Origin: Eledone cirrhosa
Taxonomy: Eukaryota
Assembly (NCBI GenBank): GCA_964016885.1
Contig: OZ024755.1
Span: forward strand, 30,814,001 to 30,878,000
Direction: 5' to 3'
DNA: 64,000 bases
Made by a program: the position numbers and the translations under genes. Below are positions 38,993 to 51,663 of the stretch, one piece after another. The notes beneath the pieces are model-generated. The model did no database searches. It was not told where the DNA came from and saw only the letters and a list, made by a program, of their open reading frames with translations. Each line of letters opens with the position of its first letter. Position 1 is the stretch's first letter.

Positions 38993-38998
<6 letters not shown>
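38716..38998 (+). mobile_element. TA-embedded fold-back module with tail
   Basis: Arms 38716-38812 and 38869-38956; the spacer has a decayed tgatga...tc motif; ~40-nt tail to (TA)n. Confidence 0.75.
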
Positions 38999-39045
<47 letters not shown>

Positions 39046-39049
<4 letters not shown>

Positions 39050-39472
39050 AAAGAATAGAGGTGTAACACACAAGTTATTATATATTGGTAAACGGAATAG
39101 AAAATGCTGACAAATTGTTCACAGTTGAAAAATGGTTTAATTAGGAATAAAAGAGTATTAGTGATTGTATGGGTTAGTATTCAGTTGTGGTTTTAAGTTT
39201 TTAAGTTTTTACCGGTTGCGCATTTCTAAATGCTTTTCAAAAATAATTTTGAGATAGAGTGTCCGTGCTGTTTGCTCTGATCAGAGCAAACAGCACGGAC
39301 ACTCTATCTCAAAATTATTTTTGAAAAGCATTTAGAAATGCGCAACCGGTAAAAACTTAAAAACTTAAAACCACAACTGAATACTAACCCATACAATCAC
39401 TAATACTCTTTTATTCCTAATTAAACCATTTTTCAACTGTGAACAATTTGTCAGCATTTTCTATTCCGTTTA

Positions 39473-39478
<6 letters not shown>
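39046..39478 (-). mobile_element. Perfect ~396-bp palindrome (zero spacer) plus 35-nt tail
   Basis: Arms 39083-39280 and 39281-39478, centred on ctga|tcag. Confidence 0.9.
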
Positions 39479-39546
<68 letters not shown>

Positions 39547-39550
<4 letters not shown>

Positions 39551-39960
39551 TCATTTTCACAGTTACATTTATCAAATTGGATATTGCTTGGGTTATTAGT
39601 GGTATTTTGGTTAGGTTTTAAATTATTATTAATTCTATTAATATTTTGCGCTAAATTTTTGGTGGAAGAATAAGTTAATTTTATAGTATGTCTATTAAAA
39701 ATTGAGTAATATCTATGTGTTCTAGGGAAGCATTTGTTAAGAGCTTTAAAGAATAGTTTAGCAATAGGGGTTTTAATATTTAATGAGAAAGGAGGAGCGA
39801 ACCATAATATATTCCTAGTTCTATTTCTTTTTTTGTTTTCTGAATTATTGTAAGGTTTTCTATTATAGTTGTTAAAATTGTTAAAATAGTTAAAATTGTT
39901 AAGATTATGGTTAGTTGTTATATTATTATTATCAATGTATTTAATTTTATTTCTATACCC
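39547..39960 (-). mobile_element. Penelope-like element ORF fragment (RT C-terminus/linker), 138 open codons
   Basis: Hand translation: GYRNKIKY...RNRTRNILWFAPPFSLNIKTPIAKLFFKALNKCFPRTHRYYSIFNRHTIKLTYSSTKNL...KCNC. This matches the PLE pattern R.IIWFNPP.S.N.KT.IG..F...I.KHFP..H...IFNR...K.SYS...N...CNC. Confidence 0.8.
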
Positions 39961-40711
39961 GGTTCTACCTTTTGGTAGAGCACTTATATATATATATATA
40001 TATATATTTCATCCATATTTTGTTTGACTCGTTTAGCTTGCTTCGTTTTTTTTTTGGCTTCGGTGGTTGATAGCTTCTTAACCGCCGTCTCAGTTTGTAT
40101 GGCCTTTATAACATATGTTTATTGCTCTGGTCTCTTTTGGTCCATGGAGCGCTTGCCAACACAACTCGGAAATTGCGTTTCGCTAATTTCTACCCGCCGA
40201 AATGCGATTCTCGCTGAATTTATATATATATATATATATATCATAAAATATATCGAGTTTATATAATTATTACATAATTATTGGAAAACTCAAAACACGG
40301 ACGAAACCATGGTAGAGGTATTTAAATGTATTCTATTTTCTCCTAGTTTATTTTAAACCTAATTCTGCTTAGTTGACTGTATCTAGGCGATTACGCTGTC
40401 GAAATATTCGATAAATATTCCGCTACGGCCGACGCGAAGCGCTAGTTTTGGTTATTTGTCGGAGATTCCTTCATAGAAGCCTCATTCGTATAGCCTGGTC
40501 TATTCGATTTTTTATATAGTTAATTATGCTAATTGGGAGAGGAAATAGTATATATTTTATCTTGTGATTCTATAGACATGTTTTATGATATATAGCTCTG
40601 ATTGTTTAATTTATTAATTTTTCATTGAGCCACAAAGTGACCGGTTGCAAAACACGTATATGTATGTGTATGTATATATATATGTAAACTTTTATATATA
40701 TATATATATAT

Positions 40712-41048
40712 AGTTATGTAATAAACAACATAAGGCAATTATTTCATTTACCAGTGGTTTCTTAAAAGCAAAAAAATGTTGCTTTCAATCATCAGAATGA
40801 AAAAATCCTGGCGTATTTATTGACTTTGGATTTTAAAAACCTTTGGATTTTGGATTTTTAAAATCCAAAGTCAATAAATACGCCAGGATGTTTTCATTCT
40901 GATGATTGAAAGCAACATTTTTTTGCTTTTATGAAACCACTGGTAAATGAAATAATTGCCTTCTGTTGTTTATTATATAACTATTAAGCTCTGTTACCTA
41001 CATAGAGCACTCTTTTTTCCTGGACTTTTCCGACGGAATTACTTCATT
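40712..41048 (+). mobile_element. Family F3 fold-back module with two opposed hammerheads and tail
   Basis: Arms ~40712-40840 and 40853-40983; homologous to 56047-56326 and partly to 14650-14735. Confidence 0.85.
40892..40952 (+). ncRNA. Type I hammerhead ribozyme (mirror on minus strand at 40742-40802)
   Basis: tttcatt-CTGATGA-t-tgaaagcaa..ttgctttta-t-GAAA-cc(act)gg-TA-aatgaaa. Confidence 0.82.
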
Positions 41049-41254
41049 TATATATATATATATATATACAATTAAGTTAAAGTAACCAGTGAAAGACTTG
41101 TTACATCTACATATGTATACGTGTGTGTATTCATATGCATACTAGTATTTCAGTATGCATATGTAGATGTACATTTTTATATTAATTGTTTAAGCGTCAG
41201 TCATACAAAAGTGAGTTACAAACGAAACGAAATTTAATTTCGTTTCGTTATTTG

Positions 41255-41301
<47 letters not shown>

Positions 41302-41383
41302 CAAATAAAATTTAATTCTGATGAGCGATTTCAGACGTCTCTGAAAAGTTTGATAAAATTATAATTATAAGAATTATTATGCA

Positions 41384-41429
<46 letters not shown>

Positions 41430-41474
41430 TTATACATATATGTATCTATGTATATATGTATTTATATATATATA

Positions 41475-41562
<88 letters not shown>

Positions 41563-41933
41563 CATATATACATGCGTATGTGTGCGTGTGTGTGTGTGTG
41601 TGTGTGCTGGCATGAAGTTAAAACAAGATTAACAGCAAAAGACATCGAAAGGGAGAGGAAAGCACAAAGAAAAAAAGAAAGAGAAAGGGCGAAAGCTTTT
41701 GGAGGCGGAGTAGAAATGTAAAGAATGTCTGAAAAAGTCGAGAAAATGATGCAACAAGAAAGAAACAAACAAGAAAGAGAAGCAATAAGTAAGCCATGAA
41801 GATGTGGTCTGGTTAATTCTATCTGAAATATGTCTGTTAATGTATGTGGTAGGAGAAGGGCTTCATCATGTGTGCGTACTCACATCAAAGATCCTGCAAC
41901 GTTTCACACGTCACATACAAACACACACACAAG

Positions 41934-42052
<119 letters not shown>

Positions 42053-42086
42053 CAGAATAATCAAAACTATGTTCAAAACATTTTAT

Positions 42087-42136
42087 TGCTGACAACAATC
42101 GTTTCTTCCAAACGAAAGTTTGGAATCATCGGAGCA
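42087..42136 (-). ncRNA. Type I hammerhead with U4C change
   Basis: tgct-CCGATGA-ttccaaac(tttc)gtttggaa-GAAA-cga(ttg)ttg-TC-agca: 8-bp helix II, GUC triplet. Confidence 0.65.
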
Positions 42137-42285
42137 CTAGCAAAGTTTAGACATATAATTAACTTCCTAAAACATCTTAAGTATTTACATTGACCTATTT
42201 TTCTTATTGGTAATAAGGTGGTAATGAATTACTGACCTTTACTGTTTATAATTATATATAGTGTATAAAAAGTATAAATAATATT

Positions 42286-42428
<143 letters not shown>

Positions 42429-42910
42429 TTCCCCACACGCCACCTACATACACAACACGCACACGTGCGTACCACCACATATTTACACATTCAGCCTCCG
42501 GAATCATCTCCCCCCACCCCTCTATCCACACACGTACACACACTCCGACCTACACCCCACCCCACACACACCTCTTCCTGAACATGCAACCCCGTTCTTC
42601 CCCCAACTCTTACTTTCACGTACACACACACACACACACGTACACCTACACACACACACCACCTTCAGCCCTCCCCGCTCGGACACCCCGCCTCCCTCTT
42701 CCCACTCCACCCGCCACCACCCCTACACGCCCCATATCCTTCCACCACCTGTTTTACTTCATGTGTATTTTTATTTTTATTTTTATTTTTATTTTTATCA
42801 TGCTTTTATATTTAATTTCATTTGTACCGTTTCCTCTCACGCCCTTTTTTCTATATGTCTCTCCACCACTCCCCTACACACCCTTGGAACTCTCTTCCCA
42901 CACACTTTTC

Positions 42911-42942
42911 ACCTGAAGAAGGGCTTATGCCCGAAACGTCGT
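42911..42942 (+). ncRNA. Minimal hammerhead-like motif in a Penelope-like 3' region (42431-43031)
   Basis: ac-CTGAAGA-a-gggc(ttat)gccc-GAAA-cg-TC-gt; helix I is only 2 bp; aataaa follows; the tail resembles 55851-55918. Confidence 0.55.
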
Positions 42943-43028
42943 TCCCCATCACCACCCCACTCTCAAGAGCGTGAAACTAATAAACCTTTGTTCGTACTGC
43001 CTCTCTGTTTTGTTCCCGTTCAATTTTT

Positions 43029-43159
<131 letters not shown>

Positions 43160-43252
43160 TATATACATATATATATATATACATATATACATACATATAT
43201 ATATATATATACATATATACATACATATATATATATATACATATACACATAC

Positions 43253-43285
<33 letters not shown>

Positions 43286-43298
43286 CATATATACATAC

Positions 43299-43335
<37 letters not shown>

Positions 43336-43380
43336 CACATACATATATATATATATACATACATATATATATATACATAT

Positions 43381-43455
<75 letters not shown>

Positions 43456-43526
43456 TACATATATATATATATACATATATACATATATATATATATATAC
43501 ATATATACATACATATATATATATAC

Positions 43527-43563
<37 letters not shown>

Positions 43564-43602
43564 CATATATATATATACATATACATACATATATATATAT
43601 AT

Positions 43603-44124
43603 AAAATATTAAAAAAATAATGAATAAAACAATGAAACAGTTCCTTATATTAAACAAAAAAAGTTCATTATTTAACGATCGTTTCTAGGATATATATGTG
43701 TTAGAATTGGCATGTATATTTAACAGATCTATGTACAAAATTATACAAAATTATACAAACTATCAAAATTAAATATACATACCAAACACATATATATGCC
43801 GTATGTGTTTGGTATGTATATTTAATTTTGATAGTTTGTATAATTTTGTATAATTTTGTACATAGATCTGTTGAATATGCATGCCAATTCTAACACATAT
43901 ATATCCTAGAAACGATCGTTAAATAATGAACTTTTTTTGTTTAATATAAGGAACTGTTTCATTGTTTTATTCATTATTTTTTTAATATTTTATCTTGACT
44001 CTGTATTCCGTTTATCTTTCACCGAAAGTGATTTTTCATTGCATCTCTTCTTTCCATGATATCCGGATTACATTGAGTTCTTCATACGGATTGGACACTA
44101 CCGTAAACTCTTGGTAGATTTATC

Positions 44125-44128
<4 letters not shown>
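43603..44128 (+). mobile_element. Family F4 fold-back module (~190-bp arms, short spacer) plus ~135-nt tail
   Basis: Arms 43603-43792 and 43802-43993; contains the GAAA-cgatcg-TT 3' half of a hammerhead; homologous to 57208-57407 and 57700-57738. Confidence 0.85.
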
Positions 44129-44184
<56 letters not shown>

Positions 44185-44186
<2 letters not shown>

Positions 44187-44375
44187 AACGAGTAGGACCC
44201 CGACGGCTGAGCTCAAGCCGTTTCGACGGCTAATTCTGGACTGAATTAGCCGTCGAAACGGCTTGAGCTCAACCGTCGGGGTCCTACTCGTTCCTATTAC
44301 CCACTCTACTACCCTAAGTATTGAGTACTTTGGTGCGTTATGGTCCACCTGGTTCCTTACCACATTTCCTTCGTT
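44185..44375 (+). mobile_element. Family FA fold-back module with tail
   Basis: Arms 44185-44236 and 44243-44294, then tail. Confidence 0.88.
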
Positions 44376-44389
44376 ATATATATATATAT

Positions 44390-44626
44390 CGCTGTAGCAT
44401 AGCCTCATCAATGGTGGTAATAGTATCAGTGATATTTTGCTTTAGATCAGTGATGTATCGTATCTTTGTTCGATACAGTATATCTTTAATATAACCCCAT
44501 AGAAAGAAGTCCAGGAGAGTGATAACGGGTGAACGAGGTAGCTAGGGATTTGGGCCATCCGATCCAATCCAGCGGTCTGGAAATGTTTGATTTAGGAACC
44601 TACGAACATGCAGTCCCCAATGTGGT
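44390..44626 (-). mobile_element. Tc1/mariner-superfamily transposase fragment (pseudogenic)
   Basis: Hand translation PHWGLHVRRFLNQTFPDRWIGSDGPNP*LPRSPVITLLDFFLWGYIKDILY, i.e. the decayed WPPRSPDL.P.DF.LWG motif. Confidence 0.8.
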
Positions 44627-44840
44627 CATCTAGTTGTGGTGCCACATATTCAGTCAAATGGTCATGGTAATTTCCTGAATAAAATTTGGCTGAATCGGAC
44701 TGCTTTTTCTAGCAGCCCGGTTACTTGCCATTGTCCACCTACGGCTGCCCTTCTGTTGATCGTTAATCACGTGATGATTCTTCCATTAGAAATTACCGCT
44801 GGCAGCGGATAACTCGGAAGAATTTTCCTTGATTGAGAAA

Positions 44841-44910
44841 TTCCCTGATGAGCTGAGACGTCGCACGGTGCTCAAAAACTGCAATTTACTCAGCGAAACT
44901 GCAGTCAGGA
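44841..44910 (+). ncRNA. Type I hammerhead ribozyme with palindromic loop III
   Basis: ttcc-CTGATGA-gctgag(31 nt)ctcagc-GAAA-c(tgca)g-TC-agga; mismatch at the first helix I pair. Confidence 0.7.
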
Positions 44911-45619
44911 CATCGAAGTAAAAATATCTATAACTATCTATTTATGTATATTTACAAATATGTCGAAAGAGATTAGAGATCAGGGAGTTAGAGAAGAAGA
45001 AGAAGAAGAAGAAGAAGAAGAAGAAGAAGAAGAAGAAGAAGAAGAAGAAGAAGAAGAAGAAGAAGAAGAAGAAAGCAAATTGAAAATTACGAAGATCAAG
45101 GAAAACTCGGTGAATTTTCACATAGAATGTTGTAATTAAGGAATTATACAATTATATATATATATATAGTAGATATTTATATATAACATATATTATATAC
45201 ATACATACATACACACATACGTACATACATACATACATACATACATACGTACGTACATACATACATACATACATACATACATACATACATACATACATAC
45301 ATACATACATACATACATACATACAGTATGGTTGTATATGGAATCACATACACACAAATATTTCCAAATATTTGGATATGAAAATCTTTGGATCCAATTT
45401 CTGGGATACGAATCAACGAAATATGTGGGGAGGGGGTGACTGAAAGAAGATGAGAAACTGAGAGTAAAGAATGGGGAGGGGTGGTGGCTGGGAAAAGGTG
45501 AGAAACTGAGAGTCTAGAATGGGGAGGGGGAGGCGAGTGGCTGGGAGAAGGTGAGAAACTGAGACAACCAAGAACAAGACGTATCTGCAGGTGCTTAACA
45601 GAGTGTGTGGGAGATGGAA

Positions 45620-46110
45620 GTAGATGAAGGAAAGAGTGAAGGAGAGAGAAAGAGACAGAGGAGGAGGAGGAGAGAGAGAGGAGGGGAGAGGGGAGAGAAA
45701 GAGAGAAGGGAAGACGGGAGATAGAGAGTGAGAGAGTAGGAATAATGAGAGGGGGTAGAAAGAGACAGAAAGAGAGAAAGCGACAGAGGGGGTGAGAGCG
45801 AGAGAGAGAGTGGGGGAGAAAGAGACATAAAGAGGGAGAGAGAGAGAGAAACAGAAAGAGAGAAAGAGAGAGAGGGGGATAAAGCGACAGAAAGAGAGAG
45901 AGAGAAAGAGAAACAGAAAGAGAGAAAGAGAGATAGGGCGAGAAAGAGACATAAAGAGTGAGAGAGAGAGAAACAGAAAGAGAGAAAGAGAGAAAGAGAG
46001 AGAGGGCGAGAAAGAGACATAAAGAGGGAGAGAGAGAGAAACAGAAAGACAGAAAGAGAGAAAGAGAGAGAGGGCGAGAAAGAGACATAAAGAGGGAGAG
46101 CGAGAGAGTG
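45620..46110. repeat. GA-rich low-complexity tract with ~56-bp internal repeats
   Basis: Recurring gagaaagagacataaagaggg units. Confidence 0.8.
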
Positions 46111-46280
46111 TAGGAAGAATGAGAATGCGCTGAAAAATAAGAGAGGAGATGAGAGAAGAATATTTGGAAGGATTTCAAAGAGAATACATTAAATTGACAT
46201 AAGGCCATAATATAGGACTGAGTGATAGAGGAACTGTAGTGATAGACTTGATCTTGGAGATGTAATCCTGGCAGAGACAC

Positions 46281-47933
46281 CATCCCCCGACTCCACATCT
46301 GAACAGAGCCTCACACACCCATCTCCGCCTCCACATCTGAACAGAGCCCCTCTGCCCCCATCCCCGACTCCACATCTGAACAGAGCCTCACACACCCATC
46401 TCCGCCTCCACATCTGAACAGAGCCCCTCTGCCCCCATCCCCGACTCCACATCTGAACAGAGCCCCTCTTCCCCCATCCCCGACTCCACATCTGAACAGA
46501 GCCTCACACACCCATCTCCGCTTCCACATCTGAACAGAGCCCCTCTGCCCCCATCCCCCGACTCCACATCTGAACAGAGCCTCACACACCCATCTCCGCC
46601 TCCACATCTGAACAGAGCCCCTCTTCCCCCATCCCCCGCCTCCACATCTGAACAGAGCCTCACACACCCATCTCCGCCTCCACATCTGAACAGAGCCCCT
46701 CTGCCCCCATCCCCCGCCTCCACATCTGAACAGAGCCTCACACACCCATCTCCGCCTCCACATCTGAACAGAGCCCCTCTGCCCCCATCCCCCGCCTCCA
46801 CATCTGAACAGAGCCTCACACACCCATCTCCGCCTCCACATCTGAACAGAGCCCCTCTGCCCCCATCCCCGACTCCACATCTGAACAGAGCCTCACACAC
46901 CCATCTCCGCCTCCACATCTGAACAGAGCCCCTCTGCCCCCATCCCCGACTCCACATCTGAACAGAGCCTCACACACCCATCTCCGCCTCCACATCTGAA
47001 CAGAGCCCCTCTGCCCCCATCCCCGACTCCACATCTGAACAGAGCCCCTCTTCCCCCATCCCCGACTCCACATCTGAACAGAGCCTCACACACCCATCTC
47101 CGCTTCCACATCTGAACAGAGCCCCTCTGCCCCCATCCCCCGACTCCACATCTGAACAGAGCCTCACACACCCATCTCCGCCTCCACATCTGAACAGAGC
47201 CCCTCTTCCCCCATCCCCCGCCTCCACATCTGAACAGAGCCTCACACACCCATCTCCGCCTCCACATCTGAACAGAGCCCCTCTGCCCCCATCCCCCGCC
47301 TCCACATCTGAACAGAGCCTCACACACCCATCTCCGCCTCCACATCTGAACAGAGCCCCTCTGCCCCCATCCCCCGCCTCCACATCTGAACAGAGCCTCA
47401 CACACCCATCTCCGCCTCCACATCTGAACAGAGCCCCTCTGCCCCCATCCCCGACTCCACATCTGAACAGAGCCTCACACACCCATCTCCGCCTCCACAT
47501 CTGAACAGAGCCCCTCTGCCCCCATCCCCGACTCCACATCTGAACAGAGCCTCACACACCCATCTCCGCCTCCACATCTGAACAGATCCCCTCTGCCCCC
47601 ATCCCCCGACTCCACATCTGAACAGAGCCTCACACACCCATCTCCGCCTCCACATCTGAACAGATCCCCTCTGCCCCCATCCCCGACTCCACATCTGAAC
47701 AGAGCCTCACACACCCATCTCCGCCTCCACATCTGAACAGAGCCCCTCTGCCCCCATCCCCCGCCTCCACATCTGAACAGAGCCTCACACACCCATCTCC
47801 GCCTCCACATCTGAACAGAGCCCCTCTGCCCCCATCCCCGACTCCACATCTGAACAGAGCCTCACACACCCATCTCCGCCTCCACATCTGAACAGAGCCC
47901 CTCTTCCCCCATCCCCCGACTCCACATCTGAAC
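46281..47933. repeat. GC-rich minisatellite, 38-39 bp units alternating two types, with a 582-bp higher-order duplication
   Basis: Constant ctccacatctgaacagagcc with alternating tcacacacccatctccg / cctctgcccccatcccc(c)g; identical ORF translations are offset by 582 bp. Confidence 0.95.
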
Positions 47934-48401
47934 ACTACCGATTTCTTCCAAAGAAAAAGAAAGCAAGGTAGAAATAGATGGAGACGAAGTAAGAAATAGG
48001 AAGAATCGACCAGAATTACTGGACCAATACTTTATTTATCGACCTCAAAAGGTTAAACAGATCAGTTGACCTTCACTTGATTTGAACGAAGTTTTGTTTT
48101 GTTTTGTTTTGTTTTGTTTTGTTTCTTTATCTGACGTGTTAACGACTCTGCCAGTTTGCTGTCTGTATTTAATTACTGATGATAATTAATTCTTACTTAC
48201 GAACTACGAAGCAGCAGGAATATCAAGGATATCGGATTAAATGTATTTGATACGTATTTTTATATAGAGTCCATATCTTGCTGGGAGGAGGTGGGGTGAG
48301 GTGGGGTGGGGTAGGGGTTTCCTCCAGTTCTCCGGAGTTGATAAATAGAATAAGTGCCAATGAAATAGTTGGTTTGTAGATGATGTTGGGCGTTATTATA
48401 T

Positions 48402-48568
48402 CTAGAAGGTTGAACGCCGTGCTTTCTAGCATAGTTACGTCCCTTTACGGTTGAGTTCAAATCCCGTCGAGGTTAACTTTGCCTTTCATCCTTACGGGGT
48501 CGATAAAATAAAGTACCAGTAATGTTCTGGGTAATTGCTGGCCTTGTGCCAAAAAGTAAAACAATTAT
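48402..48568 (+). mobile_element. SINE family A
   Basis: Consensus match; a diverged minus copy also lies at ~48012-48160. Confidence 0.8.
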
Positions 48569-48616
48569 ATCTAGAAGTACCTTTTTTTCCCCCAACAACA
48601 CTAGCATCGCCACTTG

Positions 48617-49300
48617 CACCACCACCACCACCACTACCATCACAACGACACCACCACCACCACCACTACCAACACCACCACCTCAACCACCACCACCACC
48701 ACTACCACCACCACTACCACCACCACTACCACTACCAACAAAAACAACAACACCACAACCACCACTAATACCACTACCAACAACAACACTACCACCAATA
48801 CCACCACCACCACTACAACCACAACCACCATTAATACCACTACCACCAACAACAATACCACCATACCACTAGAACCACCACAAACACCACCACCACCAAC
48901 ACCTTCACCACCACCACCACCACTACCAACACCACCACCTCAACCACCACCACCACCACTACCACTACCAACGACAACAACACCACCACAGCCACCACTA
49001 ATACCACTACCAACAACAACACTACCACCACCACCAATACCACCACCACCAATACCACCACCACCAATACCACCACACCACTAGAACCATCACAAACACC
49101 ACCACCACTACAACCACCACCAACACCTTCACAACCACCACCAACACCACCAATACCAACACCACCACCACAACCACCACCACCACTACAACCACCACCA
49201 ACACCTTCACAACCACCACCAACACCACCAATACCAACACCACCGCCACAACCACTACCAACAACAACAACACCACCACAGCCACCACTAATACCACTAC
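48617..49300. repeat. (CAC/CAA/TAC)n low-complexity tract with internal duplications
   Basis: Trinucleotide mosaic. Confidence 0.85.
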
Positions 49301-49301
49301 C

Positions 49302-50298
49302 AAGTCAATATACGTCTTAGTCAATATAGGTCTTAGTCAATATAGGTCTTAGTCAATATACGTCTTAGTCAATATAGGTCTTAATCAATATACGTCTTAG
49401 TCAATATAGGTCTTAGTCAATATAGGTCTTAGTCAATATAGGTCTTAGTCAATATAGGTCTTAGTCAATATACGTCTTAGTCAATATAGGTCTTAGTCAA
49501 TATAGGTCTTAGTCAATATACGTCTTAGTCAATATACGTCCTAGTCAATATACGTCTTAGTCAATATACGTCCTAGTCAATATAGGTCTTAGTCAATATA
49601 GGTCTTAGTCAATATAGGTCTTAGTCAATATACGTCCTAGTCAATATACGTCCTAGTCAATATACGTCTTAGTCAATATAGGTCTTAGTCAATATAGGTC
49701 TTAGTCAATATAGGTCTTAGTCAATATACGTCCTAGTCAATATACGTCCTAGTCAATATACGTCTTAGTTAATATACGTCTTAGTCAATATACGTCCTAG
49801 TCAATATACGTCTTAGTCAATATAGGTCTTAGTCAACATAGGTCTTAGTCAATATACGTCTTAGTCAATATACGTCCTAGTCAATATAGGTCTTAGTCAA
49901 TATAGGTCTTAGTCAATATATGTCCTTGTCAATATAGGTCCTAGTCAATATACATCCTAGTCAATATACGTCCTAGTCAATATAGGTGTTAGTCAATATA
50001 CGTCTTAGCCAATATACGTCTTACTCAATATACGTCTTAGTCAATATACGTCTTAGTCAATATACGTCTTAGTCAATATACGTCCTTGTCAATATAGGTC
50101 TTAGTCAATATACGTCTTAGTCAATATACGTCTTAGTCAATATACGTCTTAGTCAATATACGTCTTAGTCAATATACGTCCTAGTCAATATACATCCTAG
50201 TCAATATAGGTCTTAGTCAATATACGCCTTAGTCAATATACGTCTTAGTCAATATACATCCTAGTCAATATACATCCTAGTCAATATAGGTCTTAGTC
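49302..50298. repeat. 16-bp minisatellite (tagtcaatata[c/g]gtc[t/c]), about 62 units
   Basis: Direct inspection. Confidence 0.95.
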
Positions 50299-50458
50299 TA
50301 TACAGAAAGTGAAAATTTTCCAATAAAACACGTTTTATTATATTTAATTCTGTTTTTTTGTTTGTTTGTTTTACCTTTGTAGTTTAAATCCTACTAGAGT
50401 TGAAATGTGTAGTTCAAATCATACCCTCTGCCTGGATTTTCAAATAGGATTCATTCTA

Positions 50459-51112
50459 TAGGGTGGTCCGAAAATCTTGTCACCCCTTCATATTGTTTTA
50501 ACTTTCATTATTTTTTGTTTTAATAATATAATATATAATATCATTAATTATAATATATAATAATAATATCATTAATTATAATATATAATATATAATGTCA
50601 TTAATTATAATATATAATATATAATATTTAATGTCATTAATTATAATATATAATATATAATGTCATTAATTATAATATATAATATATAATGTCATTAATT
50701 ATAATATATAATATATAATGTCATTAATTATAATATATAATTCTGAGTTCAAATCCCGCCGAGGTTAACTTTGCTTTCATCCATACGGGGTCGATAAAAT
50801 AAAGTACCAGTAATGTACTGGGTAATTGCTGGCCTTGTGCCAAAAGTAGAAACAATTATTTATAATATATAATAATAATAATATAATTTTCTATTTCAGA
50901 GCTCCTACAGTTTGGAAGAGAGGCTGCTTGTAAGTGTATGGACACATGATCGTTCGTGTGCATTCTAGCAAGAGCATGGAGGATGTGTGACATGAATTCA
51001 CTGCAAGATTCGGCAAACCAGCTCCTCCGAAAAGGACGATACTGCGATGGGAACATGAACTGTTTCTCATTACCTTTTGATAGCGGGGTGACAAGACTTT
51101 CGGACCACCGTG
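50459..51112. mobile_element. Non-autonomous Tc1/mariner element containing an AT-rich ~29-bp tandem repeat (50520-50740) and a SINE A fragment (50741-50858)
   Basis: TIRs gggtggtccgaaaatcttgtcacccc / ggggtgacaagactttcggaccaccg with TA flanks. Confidence 0.75.
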
Positions 51113-51485
51113 TAGTACAGCGGTCGCCAAACTTTCGGACCTCACGTACAACTAAATTCATAATTTTAAATCCCGTGGACCACAAATATGAATTAATGGT
51201 CAATGGTCGAAACATTACTGAAGCGTTCGTGTGCCATATTGTCGATAGGTGATAGATATGTGTAAAATTCTTAAATGGATGCCTTGGAAAGTGGACTGTG
51301 ACCAACGTGTCAGACTGGACGGCAGCCCTTATCTTTATTGTTATGCTGAGTTGTTTAGAGAGAAGAATATCACTGGTATGGAGCTAGTTCTTTACTGAGG
51401 AGAAACATTTTTTAGGCGGGTTATAAAATATATTTTAACTGAATATTATTTTTGTTTTATTATTAGTAAAAAATAACATTGCAAA

Positions 51486-51663
51486 TAATTGTTTCTACTT
51501 TAGGCACAAGGCCAGCAATTACCCAGTGCATTACTGGTACTTTATTTTATCGACCCCGTAAGGATGAAAGGCAAAGTCAACCTCGGCGGGATTTGAACTC
51601 AGATCGTAAAGGGACGTAAAGCATGGCGTCCGACCCTCTACCGATACTGCCAATCCACCGCCC
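51486..51663 (-). mobile_element. SINE family A with ~18-bp TSD
   Basis: aataacattgcaaataat on both sides. Confidence 0.9.

Noticed and set aside
41318-41360. Hammerhead at ctgatgagcga...
   Set aside because: CUGAUGA and a stem are present, but there is no correctly placed GAAA/UH/helix I
45177-46298. 373-aa Ser/Leu/Phe-rich ORF
   Set aside because: Antisense translation of GA-rich and (TACA)n repeats
46281-47933. CRISPR array
   Set aside because: Only two recurring spacer types, no unique spacers, no cas genes, and a eukaryotic context; it is a minisatellite, and its WSRGWGQRG ORFs are repeat translations
48522-49324. Pro-, Thr- or His-rich ORFs (extensin/mucin-like)
   Set aside because: All frames are open because of (CAC/CAA)n; the ORF starts lie in or next to a SINE and there is no splice support
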